Notes: generated from the letters alone by a model not told the origin. A stretch of 64,000 bases of DNA from an uncultured Gemmatimonadales bacterium (GCA_963828735.1 CAWHFW010000005.1:1312001-1376000), one strand, 5' to 3'. Shown: positions 9,406-19,816, numbered from the stretch's first letter. A program made the numbers and translations.

Positions 9406-11661
9406 CTACGTCAGGCGCATGCGCTCCTGCAGCCGGCGGAAGCGTGGCTCGGCGCGCAGGGCGTCGAGCGAGGGCTCGACGTTGAGATAAGCGAGCCATC
9501 CACGGCGTTGCTCGTGCGCCTCCTCGAGCCACCCGAGCGCGGCCTCGACCTCACCGAGGGCCGCGTGCAGCATGACGAACGCGACCGGTGAGACGTACTG
9601 CCTGGCGCGCCGCGCGTCGAGCTCAGCGAAAATCGCCCGCGTTTCCTCGGGCCGGCCGCGTCCGGCCGCCACGACGCCGAGCCCGGCCTCAGCGAGGGCG
9701 GGGCTCTGCGAGACCGCGATGGCTTCGCGAAACGCGCCCGCCGCCTCGTCCCACTGGCGGACCTGCACATAGGACAGCCCCAGGAGGCGGTGGTTCTCTT
9801 CGGCGGTCGGATCCATCGCAAGAGCGCGCCGCAGCTGCTCGAGCGCCTGCTCGGGCTGACGTGCGTAGTAGTGGAGCCATCCCATGCTCCGGCGGATCGA
9901 CACCGAGGCGGGGTCGAGCACGAGCGCCTGCCGTCCCTCGGCGAGGGCGAGCTCGGTCCGGCCCATCGCGATCTGAAACCACGAGTGCCACTGGCGGGCG
10001 ACGGAGTAGCGCGGGTTGAGCTCGAGCGCCCGCTGGAAATGGCGGGCCGCGCCCGGCCAGTCCCAGTCGTAGATGAACGTCACCCACGCGAGCGAGGTGT
10101 GAGCCTCCGCGAGCGTCTCGTCGAGCGCGAGCGCGCGGCGCGCCTCCGCGCGCGCCCGCTCGAAGCCTTCCTGCACCGGCGAGCCCCGGTAGTCGAGCTG
10201 CAGCGCGTACGAGTCGGCCAGGCCGGTATAGGCCAGCGCGTACCCCGCGTCCTCCTCGATCGCCGCCTCGAAGAACCGGATCCCTTCCGCGATGGACGAC
10301 TGCGTCCGCCGGTTCCAGGCATGTCGGCCCTTGAGATACAGATGGTACGCCTTGAGGTTCGCGGTATAGCGCACCGGGAGGGGGTCGCCGAGGTCCTGGA
10401 GCAGCGTCGCGCGCAAGGTCGAGACGATGGTCTGGGCGATCTCGTCCTGGATGGCGAAGACGTCGGCCAGCTCCCGATCGTAGCGCTCGGACCAGAGGGT
10501 GCGACCGTCGCGCACGCTGGTGAGCTGCGCCGTGATCCGGAGGCGCGTGCCCGCCCGCCGGACGGATCCCTCGAGGACGGTGCTGACGTTGAGGCGCGCG
10601 CCGAGCGCCCGGACGTCCTCGCGCGCGCCCTTGAGGGCGAACACCGAGGTACGCGACGCGACTCGCAGGCCCTCGACTTTCGTCAGCGCAGTGATGAGCT
10701 CCTCGGTCATCCCGTCGCTGAAATATTCATTCTCCGGGTCGGCGCTCGCGTTCACGAACGGCAGCACCGCGATCGCGCGGGCATCGGGCTCGACGGGCGG
10801 GAGGGCCGCGGTCACGTCGAGCGTCGGCGTCTCGAGCGCGGCCACGAACTCGGTCATGGTCGGAAAGCGGTCCCCGGGCGACTTGGCCAGTGCGCGGTCC
10901 AGGGCCCGCTCCACCGCCACGGGCACGTTGGGCCGGCGCGCGCGGATCGGGACGGGCGGCTCGATCGCGTGGCGCGCCATGGTGGCCCGGGCTCCGCTGC
11001 CGGCGAACGGCGGCTCGCCGGCCAGCATCTCGTACAGCACGCAAGCCAGGCTGTACTGGTCGGTTCGGCCGTCGAGCCCGCTCTCCGCGCTCGCCTGCTC
11101 GGGGCTCATGTAGGCCGGCGTCCCCACGGCGAAGCCGTGGTCGGTGGTGTACGCGCTCTCGCCGCCGGCGGCTGACACGGCGGTGGCCACGCCGAAGTCG
11201 GCGATGACCGGCTCGCCTTCCTGCAGAAGAATGTTCTCGGGCTTGATATCGCGGTGGATCACCTTGAGGCGGTGGGCGTAAGCCAGGGCGCCCGCCACGG
11301 CCCGCGTGATCCGCAGGGCGACGTCCAGCGGGAGCGGCCCCTCGCGCTCCAGCCGGTCCCGGAGGCTCTCGCAGCCCGCGTAGGGCATCACGAAGTAGAG
11401 CAGCCCGTCGCATTCGCCGGAATCGTGGAGCGGCAGGATCTGCGGGTGCGCGAGGCGGGCGGCGATCCGGATCTCGCGGAGGAAGCGCTGCGGCTCGTAC
11501 CCGGCTGGCGTGTCGGGCCGCAGCACCTTGATGGCCACCTTGCGAGTGTGCTTCAGATCTTCCGCCAGGTACACCGTGGCCGCGCCTCCGCGCCCGATCT
11601 CTTCCTCGATCAGGTAGCGGTCGCCCAGCGCGGACCGAAGTCGGGTAGCAATGTCCAGCAC
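9406..11661 (-). CDS. Hanks-type Ser/Thr protein kinase with TolB-like and TPR domains
   Basis: IGRGGAATVY, VAIK, HRDIKPEN, DFG, GTPAYMSPEQ; IAVLPFVN...YFSDGMTEELI; TPR repeats. Confidence 0.93.
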   Translation of the reverse strand: MLDIATRLRSALGDRYLIEEEIGRGGAATVYLAEDLKHTRKVAIKVLRPDTPAGYEPQRFLREIRIAARLAHPQILPLHDSGECDGLLYFVMPYAGCESLRDRLEREGPLPLDVALRITRAVAGALAYAHRLKVIHRDIKPENILLQEGEPVIADFGVATAVSAAGGESAYTTDHGFAVGTPAYMSPEQASAESGLDGRTDQYSLACVLYEMLAGEPPFAGSGARATMARHAIEPPVPIRARRPNVPVAVERALDRALAKSPGDRFPTMTEFVAALETPTLDVTAALPPVEPDARAIAVLPFVNASADPENEYFSDGMTEELITALTKVEGLRVASRTSVFALKGAREDVRALGARLNVSTVLEGSVRRAGTRLRITAQLTSVRDGRTLWSERYDRELADVFAIQDEIAQTIVSTLRATLLQDLGDPLPVRYTANLKAYHLYLKGRHAWNRRTQSSIAEGIRFFEAAIEEDAGYALAYTGLADSYALQLDYRGSPVQEGFERARAEARRALALDETLAEAHTSLAWVTFIYDWDWPGAARHFQRALELNPRYSVARQWHSWFQIAMGRTELALAEGRQALVLDPASVSIRRSMGWLHYYARQPEQALEQLRRALAMDPTAEENHRLLGLSYVQVRQWDEAAGAFREAIAVSQSPALAEAGLGVVAAGRGRPEETRAIFAELDARRARQYVSPVAFVMLHAALGEVEAALGWLEEAHEQRRGWLAYLNVEPSLDALRAEPRFRRLQERMRLT

Positions 11662-11813
11662 GGTGTATCGGCCTCGCGAGTGCGACTCATGGAAGGGAAC
11701 CGTACTTCCCCGCCAAGACAAGGCGCGTGGCCGGCGGATGGTACCAGCGTCCGAGGCGGACATGTCGCGACGGCCGCTGCGGACGGCGGCGCGACAACCT
11801 GTCCCGCGCGCGA

Positions 11814-12647
11814 TCAGCGCACGGGCGGAAGCTGGGCGAGAAAGCGGGCGATGGCGCCGAAGTAGGCGGCGGAGTCGCGCTCGAACGCGTCGGCATGCCC
11901 GCCTGCGAGCGCGACGAACGTCTTGGGTGACGGGGCGGCCTCGTAGAGCCGCCGCCCGTACGCGAAGGGAATCACCTCGTCGGCGCGCGCGTGCAGGAAG
12001 AGCTTGGGCAGCGTTAGGCCACCAATCCGATCGATCGAGGGGTAACGGCTCCGCGCGATCCAGCGCACCGGAACGAAGGGATACGCGTCCTGGGCACGCT
12101 CGGTGACGGAGGTGAGCGCCCCATCGAGAATGAGTCCGGCCGCGCGCACCCGCGTCGCCAGCTCCACAGCCACCGCCGAGCCCAGCGAGTGGCCGAAGAG
12201 CACGATGCGATCGGGTGGCACTCGGAGCGAGTCCGTGAGATACCGCCACGCCGCGTCGGCGTCACGGTACAGTCCCTCTTCAGTCGGCGCGCCGCCGCTC
12301 GCGCCGTAGCCCCGGTAGTCGAACGCGAGCAGGTTGAGCCCCAGGCCGCGCAGGTCCGCGTAGTGGTGCGGCCGTCCCGCCTCGGAGAGGTTGCCGCTAT
12401 TGCCGTGGCACATGAGCAGCCACCGCTCCGCAGCCCCGCCGGGCGCGCGCATGACCCACGCGACGAGGGTCACGCCGTCGGCGGTTCGGATCTCGACGCG
12501 TTGGGGTGCGAGGCCAAGCGCGGCCGGCGGGGGCGTCAGCGATCGGGACGAGCCGGGCGCGTAGACGAGGCTGGGCTCGGCCAGGCGGAGCAGGAGCAGA
12601 AGCGCGACGTACAGCGCGGCTGCCACGGCGAGCACGGTCACCAGCAT
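11814..12647 (-). CDS. Membrane-anchored alpha/beta hydrolase
   Basis: CHGNSGN, DYRGYG, GHSLG nucleophile elbow, HARADEVIP, GGH. Confidence 0.9.
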   Translation of the reverse strand: MLVTVLAVAAALYVALLLLLRLAEPSLVYAPGSSRSLTPPPAALGLAPQRVEIRTADGVTLVAWVMRAPGGAAERWLLMCHGNSGNLSEAGRPHHYADLRGLGLNLLAFDYRGYGASGGAPTEEGLYRDADAAWRYLTDSLRVPPDRIVLFGHSLGSAVAVELATRVRAAGLILDGALTSVTERAQDAYPFVPVRWIARSRYPSIDRIGGLTLPKLFLHARADEVIPFAYGRRLYEAAPSPKTFVALAGGHADAFERDSAAYFGAIARFLAQLPPVR

Positions 12648-12666
12648 GCGCCGTCGGCCCGGCCGC

Positions 12667-14799
12667 TCAGGCAGGGTAGTACCGGCCACCGCCGTGCAGG
12701 ATGGTGCTGATCAGTCCGCCCGCCGGCGAGAACCTGGAGCCGTGCACGTCCTCGAGGTCGCGAAGCACGTCCACCACCTTGGTGGCGGTGAGGTCGTCGA
12801 TCACCCGCAGCGGTCCGCCGCGGAAGGCGGGGAAGCCGATGCCGAAGAGGGCGCCCACATCGCCATCGCGCGGGCTCCGCACCGCGCCGTCCTCGAGCGC
12901 CATGGCCGCCTCGTTGAGCATCGCGAACACGAGGCGCCGCTCGACCATGTTGGGGTCGGCATCCTCGACGGGACGCACGCCGAGAAGCGCGTACACCGAG
13001 TCGTCCACCCCCGCCTTGTGGCCGTCGTGATACCGGTAGAACCCCCGCTCGTTCTTCCGGCCAAGGCGACCGTCGGCGACGACCCGCCCCAGCGTCTCGG
13101 GCGGCCGCAGCCGATCGCCGAACGCCGCGTGCATCACGGCCCCAGCCTTCTGGGCGACGTCGAGGCCCACCTCGTCGAGAAGCGCGATCGGCCCAACCGG
13201 GAATCCCCACCGTGTCATGGTGCGGTCGATGACCTCGATCGGCACCCCTTCGGTGAGGAGGATGGCGGCTTCGTTCAGATAGGGCGACAGGATCCGGTTC
13301 ACCCAGAACCCGGGATGATCCGCGACCACGATGACGGTCTTGCCCATCCGGCGGCCGAACCGCACCGCTGTCACGATCGCCTCCGGGTCGGTCGCGTCGG
13401 TGGGGATGACCTCGAGCAGTGGCATCTTTTCGACCGGCGAGAAGAAGTGCATGCCCAGCACGCGCTCGGGCCGCTGTGCCTGGAAGGCGATGTCACGGAT
13501 CGGAATGGTGGAAGTGTTGCTCGCGAAGATGGTCTCGGGGCGGGTGACCGCTTCCACGTCGGCCAGGACCTGGCGCTTGGTCTCCAGGTCCTCGAACACC
13601 GCCTCGATCACGAGGTCGGCGCGGCCGAAGCCACGATAGTCCGCGCCACCCGACAGAAGCGCGCTCATCCGGTCGAGCTGCGGCCTGGTGAGCCGGCGGC
13701 GCCGGTATCGCTCGGCGAGCACGGCACCGGCGGCCTTGAGCCCCTTCCCCACCCTCGCGAGATCCGCGTCCTTCATCCGGGTGTCCACCTCGACGTTGAG
13801 CACCGCGGTGCCGGCGATCCCCGCCCCCATGAAGCCGGCGCCCACGATGCCAAGCCGCCGGATCTGCCGCGGCACCGCGGTGCCTGGCGGAATGCCGTCG
13901 TCCTTCTTGAGCGCCGTCGTGGCGAAGAACACCTGGACCAGCTTGCGCGACACGTCGCCCACGGCGAGCTCGCCGAAGGCGCGGTGCTCCGCGGCGAGGC
14001 CGGCAGCGATGCCCTGCTCGAGCCCGGTGCGCACCGCCTCGAGGGCCCGGAGCGGCGCGGGGTAGTGGCCACCCGACTTCGCGAGAACCTGTTTTTCGGC
14101 CCCGCGGTAGACCAGGCGGCGGCCGGTCGCGGTGCGGTCCAGCGCGAAGCCCTGGAGCCCGCCCGTTGGCTTCCGCTGCGGGACGCCTTCTCGCGCGAGC
14201 CTGTCGGCGGCGGCCAGCGCCGTCGCGCGGAGGATGCTTGGCGGCACGAGCTCATCCACCAGGCCGAGGCGAAGCGCCTTGGCGCCGCGCTCGCTCTTGC
14301 CCGTGAGGATCATGTCCAGCGCCGCGCGCACGCCGATGAGCCGGGGCAGCCGCTGGCAGCCGCCGGCGCCGGGGATGAGTCCGAGCTGCACCTCGGGGAG
14401 ACCGAGCTGGGTCTTCGGGTGGTCGGTGGCGATGCGGTAGTGACACGCGAGCGCGAGCTCGAGACCGGCTCCGAGACACGCGCCATGAATGGCGGCGACG
14501 ACGGGCGTCGAAAGGGTTTCGACGCGGCTCACCATCTCCTGGCCCTCGAAGCTGAGCCGCTCGGCCGCGCTCTCCGTGGTGAGCGCGGTGAACTCCTCGA
14601 TGTCCGCGCCCGCGATGAAGCTGTCGGCCTTGCCGGAGATGAGGACGGCCGCGCGAATCGTCGTGTCGTCGCGCAGCCGGATGAGCAGCGCCTCGAGCTC
14701 GACCTTGACCGCGTCGCTCAGCGTGTTGACCGGCTCGCTGGGCTCGTCGAACGTGACGACCGCGATGCCGTTCTCGACGGCGGTGGCGAACGCGGACAC
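12667..14799 (-). CDS. fadJ: Fatty acid oxidation complex alpha subunit (enoyl-CoA hydratase/3-hydroxyacyl-CoA dehydrogenase)
   Basis: FIAGADI, GLPEVQLGLIPGAGG, GAGFMGAG, ASNTSTIP, GMHFFSPV, PGFWVNR. Confidence 0.93.
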   Translation of the reverse strand: MSAFATAVENGIAVVTFDEPSEPVNTLSDAVKVELEALLIRLRDDTTIRAAVLISGKADSFIAGADIEEFTALTTESAAERLSFEGQEMVSRVETLSTPVVAAIHGACLGAGLELALACHYRIATDHPKTQLGLPEVQLGLIPGAGGCQRLPRLIGVRAALDMILTGKSERGAKALRLGLVDELVPPSILRATALAAADRLAREGVPQRKPTGGLQGFALDRTATGRRLVYRGAEKQVLAKSGGHYPAPLRALEAVRTGLEQGIAAGLAAEHRAFGELAVGDVSRKLVQVFFATTALKKDDGIPPGTAVPRQIRRLGIVGAGFMGAGIAGTAVLNVEVDTRMKDADLARVGKGLKAAGAVLAERYRRRRLTRPQLDRMSALLSGGADYRGFGRADLVIEAVFEDLETKRQVLADVEAVTRPETIFASNTSTIPIRDIAFQAQRPERVLGMHFFSPVEKMPLLEVIPTDATDPEAIVTAVRFGRRMGKTVIVVADHPGFWVNRILSPYLNEAAILLTEGVPIEVIDRTMTRWGFPVGPIALLDEVGLDVAQKAGAVMHAAFGDRLRPPETLGRVVADGRLGRKNERGFYRYHDGHKAGVDDSVYALLGVRPVEDADPNMVERRLVFAMLNEAAMALEDGAVRSPRDGDVGALFGIGFPAFRGGPLRVIDDLTATKVVDVLRDLEDVHGSRFSPAGGLISTILHGGGRYYPA

Positions 14800-16094
14800 T
14801 AGTCGCGCTCCAGTACGATGGCGTGACCCATGCCGCCCTGCGCGCAAATCGAGATGAGTCCGAACTGCACGTCGCGCCGAGCCATTTCATTCGCGAGCGT
14901 GGTCACGAGTCTCGCGCCGGTGGCGCCGAACGGATGCCCGATGGCGATGGACCCGCCCGCGACGTTGGTGCGCTCCCAATCCACCTCGCCCACGGGCCCC
15001 CGCAGCCCGAGACGCTCGGCCCATACGGGCGAGCTCCAGGCCTGCACGTTGCTGAGCACCTGCGCCGCGAAGGCCTCGTGAATCTCGACCAGTCCGAGGT
15101 CGTACCAGCCGATCGCGGCGCGCTCGAGCGCGCGCGGCACCGCGTACACCGGGCCCATGAGCAGCTGCCACCCCGGATCCACCGCCGAGGCGGCGTAGCT
15201 CCTGATGTACGCGAGGGGCCGGTAGCCGAGCGCCACGGCCTTGTCTTCGGCCATGAGCAGGACGGCCGCGGCGCCGTCCGTCAGGGGCGACGCGTTGCCC
15301 GCCGTCACCGAGCCGTACCGCCGGTCGAACACCGGCCGGAGCTGCGCCAGCGCCTCGAGCGAGGTATCGGCACGAATGCCGTTGTCGGCCGTGGTCACCT
15401 CGTCCCCGGCCTCGCCGCCGAACCACGGCGCGATTTCCCCGGTGAGGCGGCCGTCCTCGGTGGCCGCGGCTGCCCGCTGGTGGCTCTGGAGCGCGAAGCG
15501 GTCCTGGGCGTCGCGGCCGATGCCGTTCTCCTTGGCCATCTTCTCGGCCGACTGTCCCATCGTCTCGCCGGTGGACGGCTCGGCCACCGCGGGCGTCACG
15601 GGGACGAGGTCGCGCGGTCGCGTGCGGGCCAGCGCGCCGAGCCGCTTGCCCACGCTCTTCGCCTTGCCGGCCTCGACCAGGATTTGGCTGAAGCGACGCG
15701 AGTGGAGCACGGGGATATCGGAGAGGGATTCGACGCCGCCCGCGAGCACCACATCGGCGTGGCCCAGGGCGATCTGGTCGGCCGCATTGGTGATCGCCTG
15801 GGCAGCCGAGGCACAGGCGCGATTGAGCGAGTACGCCGGCACGTTGGCAAGGAGCTGCGGCAGGAGACTCACCTCGCGCGCCACGTTCGGCACGCGGACC
15901 GACGGCACCACCTGCCCGAAGATCACCTCGTCCACCTCGCGGCCGTCGAGCTCGCTCCGGACGAGCAGCTCGCGCGCGGCGTGGCGGGCGAGCGTCGTGG
16001 CGGAGACGTCGCGAAAGACGGTACCGCTCTTGGCGAACGGCGTGCGGAGGCCGCCGACGATGGCCACCCGCCGCCCGGGCCGGGAGTCGTGCAT
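14799..16094 (-). CDS. fadI: 3-ketoacyl-CoA thiolase
   Basis: NRACAS, EIHEAFAAQ, GHPFGATG, ICAQGGMG. Confidence 0.93.
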   Translation of the reverse strand: MHDSRPGRRVAIVGGLRTPFAKSGTVFRDVSATTLARHAARELLVRSELDGREVDEVIFGQVVPSVRVPNVAREVSLLPQLLANVPAYSLNRACASAAQAITNAADQIALGHADVVLAGGVESLSDIPVLHSRRFSQILVEAGKAKSVGKRLGALARTRPRDLVPVTPAVAEPSTGETMGQSAEKMAKENGIGRDAQDRFALQSHQRAAAATEDGRLTGEIAPWFGGEAGDEVTTADNGIRADTSLEALAQLRPVFDRRYGSVTAGNASPLTDGAAAVLLMAEDKAVALGYRPLAYIRSYAASAVDPGWQLLMGPVYAVPRALERAAIGWYDLGLVEIHEAFAAQVLSNVQAWSSPVWAERLGLRGPVGEVDWERTNVAGGSIAIGHPFGATGARLVTTLANEMARRDVQFGLISICAQGGMGHAIVLERD

Positions 16095-16143
16095 GTCGAC
16101 CTATCGCTGAAGAGGGAGAAGCGTCACGACCGATGTGGTTGTA

Positions 16144-16692
16144 CTATTCACTCGCGACGGCCACCACGCTCGCCACGGCGCGCCAGCGCTCGGCGTCGAT
16201 TGGCTCGAGGACCTCGCGGCCGTGCAGGATCCGCAGCGGGGCCACCAACCGACTGAGCTCGCCCGGGTGCAGCAGGTGGTTCTCCGAAGCGGGCCCCCAG
16301 CCGAGCTCGCGCTGGCCGGTCAGAAACGACTCCATCATCAGCAGGCCGCTGGGCGCGACGAGATCGCGAATCTCGGGTATCCGTGCACGGTCAAGATAAT
16401 TGAACATCAGAACCGCATCAAAACGCCCGAGCTCGGGCCAGGCTCCCTCCAGGTCCACCACGCGCCACTCCACGCTGACCTCGTGGGTCGCGGCGAGCTC
16501 GCGCGCGGTGGCGAGTCTCGTCTCGTCGCGATCCACGCCGACCACGTCCGCGCCGAGCAGCGCGGCGGGGAGGCTGTGCCGCCCCTCTCCGCACGCGAGA
16601 TCGAGCACCCGCATCCCGGGCCGGATCCGATGAGCGTGCCAGAGAAACCAGGTGCTGGGACGGGAGAGGCGCGAAACGGGGGGCAGGCTCAC
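16144..16692 (-). CDS. Class I SAM-dependent methyltransferase (TehB-like)
   Basis: VLDLACGEGRH motif I; FDAVLMFNYL; GAGGA upstream of the GTG. Confidence 0.85.
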   Translation of the reverse strand: MSLPPVSRLSRPSTWFLWHAHRIRPGMRVLDLACGEGRHSLPAALLGADVVGVDRDETRLATARELAATHEVSVEWRVVDLEGAWPELGRFDAVLMFNYLDRARIPEIRDLVAPSGLLMMESFLTGQRELGWGPASENHLLHPGELSRLVAPLRILHGREVLEPIDAERWRAVASVVAVASE

Positions 16693-16707
16693 GGCGGTCG
16701 GTCCTCG

Positions 16708-18315
16708 GTGCGGGCCACGCTCGAGCAGCTCACGTCGCAACCCGCCGACCTGCTCGTCATCGGCGGCGGCATCACCGGGGCCGGCGTGGCACGCGACGCG
16801 GCCATGCGCGGGCTCCGGACCGTGCTCGTCGAGCAACACGACTTCGGCTCGGGGACCAGCTCGCGCTCCAGCCGGCTGGTGCACGGGGGTCTCCGCTATC
16901 TGGAGACCGGCGACCTCCGGCTCGTGCTCGAGGCCAATCGCGAGCGGCGCATCCTGCTGCGCATCGCGCCGCACTTGGTCTGGCCGCTTCCCTTCGTGTT
17001 CCCCCTGCACCGCGGGGACCGGATTCCCCTCTGGCGGCTGGCCGCGGGCATGTGGCTGTACGACGCCCTTGCCCTGTTTCGCAATGTGCGGATGCACCGC
17101 ATGCTCGGCAAGCGTGCCCTGCTCGAGGCGGAGCCGATGCTCCGGGAGCGCGGACTGCTCGGCGGAGCGCGCTTCTACGACGCGCAGTGCGACGACGCCC
17201 GGCTGACGCTCGCCACGATCCGCTCCGCCGTCCATCACGGGGCCCTGGTGGCGAACTATACCGCGGTCCGGGCGCTCGAGCGCACCGCCGGCCGCGTCGT
17301 CGGCGCGCAGCTGGAGGACCGGCTTAGCGGCGCCCGGGGCGTGCTTCGGGCGAGCGTCGTGGTGAACGCCACCGGCCCGTGGGCCGACCAGGTGCGGCTG
17401 CTCGAGGATTCCGGGGCGACGCCGCTGCTCCAGCCTACCAAGGGCGTGCACATCGTGGTGGACCGGAGCCGCGTCGATCACCGCGAAGCGATCGCGTTCA
17501 CCAGCCCGATCGACGGCCGCGTGCTGTTCATCCTGCCCTGGAACGATCTCTCGTACATCGGGACCACGGATACCGACACGACCGAGTCGCCCGATCAGCT
17601 CACCGTGTCCGATGACGATATCGTGTACCTGCTCCGGTCGGCCAACGCGCGTTTCCCCAACGCCCGGCTGAGACTCGAGGACGTGCGTGCCTCGTGGGCG
17701 GGCCTCCGGCCACTGCTGGCCGACAAGCAGCGGCGCGCGGAGTCGAACCGCTCGCGCGAGCATGCGATCGTCCACGGCTCCGGAGGGATGATCACCGTGG
17801 TCGGCGGCAAGCTCACGACCTACCGCGCCATGGCCACGGAAGTCGTCGATCGCGCGTCGCGGGAGCTCCGGTTCAAGGACGGCCAGCCGCGCCGGGAAGC
17901 GGTCCACACCGATGAAGAGGCCCTGCCAGGTGGGGAGGCCGCCGACCTGGCGCCGTTCCGCGAGCGCGGGCTCGAGCTCGGCGTCGCGCCGGAAAGCGTC
18001 GAGCATCTGCTCCGAAACTACGGCACCGAGGCCGCCGGGATCTACAATCTCGGCCTGGGCGAACGCCGCCTGCTCCGCCGGCTCGTGCCGCCGCATCCCG
18101 CCGTCGAGGCCGAAGTGGTACATGCGGTGCGGCGGGAAATGGCCCAGACCGTCGAGGATGTCATGGTGCGCCGCACGCACCTGTACTATGAGACGCGGGA
18201 TCGTGGCGTGGCTGGCGCGCGGCGGGTGGCGGAGTTGATGGCGCGCGAGCGGGGGTGGGACGAGGCGCGGGTCGTGGAAGAGGCGGCGAAATACACGGCG
18301 TTCGCGGGCGGGTGA
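16708..18315 (+). CDS. glpD: FAD-dependent glycerol-3-phosphate dehydrogenase/oxidase
   Basis: IGGGITGAG, DFGSGTSSRSSRLVHGGLRYL, NATGPW, GGKLTTYR; start position uncertain. Confidence 0.92.
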   Translation: MRATLEQLTSQPADLLVIGGGITGAGVARDAAMRGLRTVLVEQHDFGSGTSSRSSRLVHGGLRYLETGDLRLVLEANRERRILLRIAPHLVWPLPFVFPLHRGDRIPLWRLAAGMWLYDALALFRNVRMHRMLGKRALLEAEPMLRERGLLGGARFYDAQCDDARLTLATIRSAVHHGALVANYTAVRALERTAGRVVGAQLEDRLSGARGVLRASVVVNATGPWADQVRLLEDSGATPLLQPTKGVHIVVDRSRVDHREAIAFTSPIDGRVLFILPWNDLSYIGTTDTDTTESPDQLTVSDDDIVYLLRSANARFPNARLRLEDVRASWAGLRPLLADKQRRAESNRSREHAIVHGSGGMITVVGGKLTTYRAMATEVVDRASRELRFKDGQPRREAVHTDEEALPGGEAADLAPFRERGLELGVAPESVEHLLRNYGTEAAGIYNLGLGERRLLRRLVPPHPAVEAEVVHAVRREMAQTVEDVMVRRTHLYYETRDRGVAGARRVAELMARERGWDEARVVEEAAKYTAFAGG

Positions 18316-18338
18316 CGACGCACCCGCCCGCGCCGGGA

Positions 18339-19055
18339 TCAGGGCGCGACGGCCACCACGGTCACCGTGCCCGACATGCCGCCGCCGCCGGCCGACCCGT
18401 GGGCCTGACAGTGATAGTGGAAGACGCCGAGCGTATTGAACGTGTATGAGTAAGTACGCGGCCCGACGTTCAGCGGCCCGCTCGTCTGAGGGGTCGCTCC
18501 GTCGTCCGGGACGACATTGTGCGCGGCCACTTCATCGACCCACGTCCAGGTCACCGCAGTGCCCACGTTCACCGTGATGTCGGTCGGGCTGAAGCGGTTG
18601 GCTCCCCCGCCGGCGTCGCCGCTGATGACCTGCACCTGTGTCCCGGGCTGTGGGAGCCCCGAGATCGCCGTAGCGGTGAAGGTGACCGGTGAGCCGGTCG
18701 CGTCCTGGAGGATCGCCGTGGCCGTCTGAGGCCCGGGGGTGTCGCCGAGGGTCCAGGTGCTTCCCGCGACCCCATTGTCATCGGTCTGGGAGGTCGTCGG
18801 GTCCAGGCTCCCGTTCGCGGTGGACCAGGTGACTTCCACCTGCGGGACGGCTACGCCGTCCCGGGTCACGATCACCTTGAGACCATTCGGCAGCGCCTCA
18901 CCCACCACGCCGCTCTGCGCATCGCCGCTCTTGGTAGGCGTCTTGACGATGACCGCGGGCGACTGGCTGGGGCCGGAGTCGCCTCCGCCGCATCCTGCCA
19001 GGGCTGCTACCGCCGCCAGCGCGAGCGCCCTCTGTCCGTTCCACACGATCCGCAT
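18339..19055 (-). CDS. Lipoprotein: Ig-like domain plus C-terminal cupredoxin
   Basis: Lipobox LAGC; SGDAQSGVVG...TDDNGVA Ig-like repeat; AHNVV...HYHCQAHGSAGGGGMSG. Confidence 0.85.
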   Translation of the reverse strand: MRIVWNGQRALALAAVAALAGCGGGDSGPSQSPAVIVKTPTKSGDAQSGVVGEALPNGLKVIVTRDGVAVPQVEVTWSTANGSLDPTTSQTDDNGVAGSTWTLGDTPGPQTATAILQDATGSPVTFTATAISGLPQPGTQVQVISGDAGGGANRFSPTDITVNVGTAVTWTWVDEVAAHNVVPDDGATPQTSGPLNVGPRTYSYTFNTLGVFHYHCQAHGSAGGGGMSGTVTVVAVAP

Positions 19056-19099
19056 GCCGCACCCTCCTGGTGAGTCGGATGAACCCCGCGTCCTGACCA

Positions 19100-19816
19100 T
19101 CACCTCAAGCATGAGGTTCCGCAAGACGACACAACGTTGATGGTGCCCGCCATGCCCACGCCGCCCGCCGCGCCATGGGCCATGCAGTGATAGTGGTAGA
19201 CCCCGGAGGCCTGGAATCGGAAGCTGTGGAACTTGGGATAGCCGACCAGCGGCCCGGACTGCGGCGGGGAGCCGCCATCGTCGGGAACGACGCTGTGTCC
19301 GTCGCTCCCTTCGGGCCAGAGCCAGTTGACGGTATCCCCCACCGCGATCGTGAGCTCCGCCGGGACGAATCGGTTGCCGTCGGGACCGACCAGCACCGTG
19401 TTGGGTGCGCGTGGGTCGGGGGTCGCGATCGCCGTGAACACCACGTCGGCGGGCGGGGTCGAATCGAGGGACGCGGACGCGACCTGCTGCGCGTACAGCC
19501 GCTGCAGTGTCCATCGGGCCATGCTCACGCCTTGAGCGTCCGTTGTAGGCGAGAGCGGGACGAGGGCCCCTTCCGCAGTTTGCCACACGACGGGGACGTC
19601 GGCCGCGGGCATGCTGTCCCGCGTGACGACGACGCGAAGGACGGCGGCCAGGGCGGCTCCCGCAACGCCCACCTGCTGATCGCCACTTTGTGTCTCGGCC
19701 TTCGCGATGGCCAACTCGGGCGGCTCGGGTGCGGTGCGCTCCCCGCCCCCGCATCCCGCCAGGGCGGCGAGCGTCAGCCACCCCGCCGTTCGATTCCCCG
19801 CTCGTGATCGGGTCAT
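19100..19816 (-). CDS. Lipoprotein: Ig-like domain plus cupredoxin (tandem paralog)
   Basis: Lipobox LAGC; SGDQQVGVAG...TDAQGVS; GHSVV...HYHCMAHGAAGGVGMAG. Confidence 0.85.
   Translation of the reverse strand: MTRSRAGNRTAGWLTLAALAGCGGGERTAPEPPELAIAKAETQSGDQQVGVAGAALAAVLRVVVTRDSMPAADVPVVWQTAEGALVPLSPTTDAQGVSMARWTLQRLYAQQVASASLDSTPPADVVFTAIATPDPRAPNTVLVGPDGNRFVPAELTIAVGDTVNWLWPEGSDGHSVVPDDGGSPPQSGPLVGYPKFHSFRFQASGVYHYHCMAHGAAGGVGMAGTINVVSSCGTSCLR

Noticed and set aside
12646..14802. Long antisense ORFs (e.g. 718 aa opposite fadJ, 697 aa opposite the dynamin gene, 635 aa opposite the M61 peptidase)
   Set aside because: Shadow ORFs expected in high-GC DNA; the opposite strands carry the recognisable motifs.
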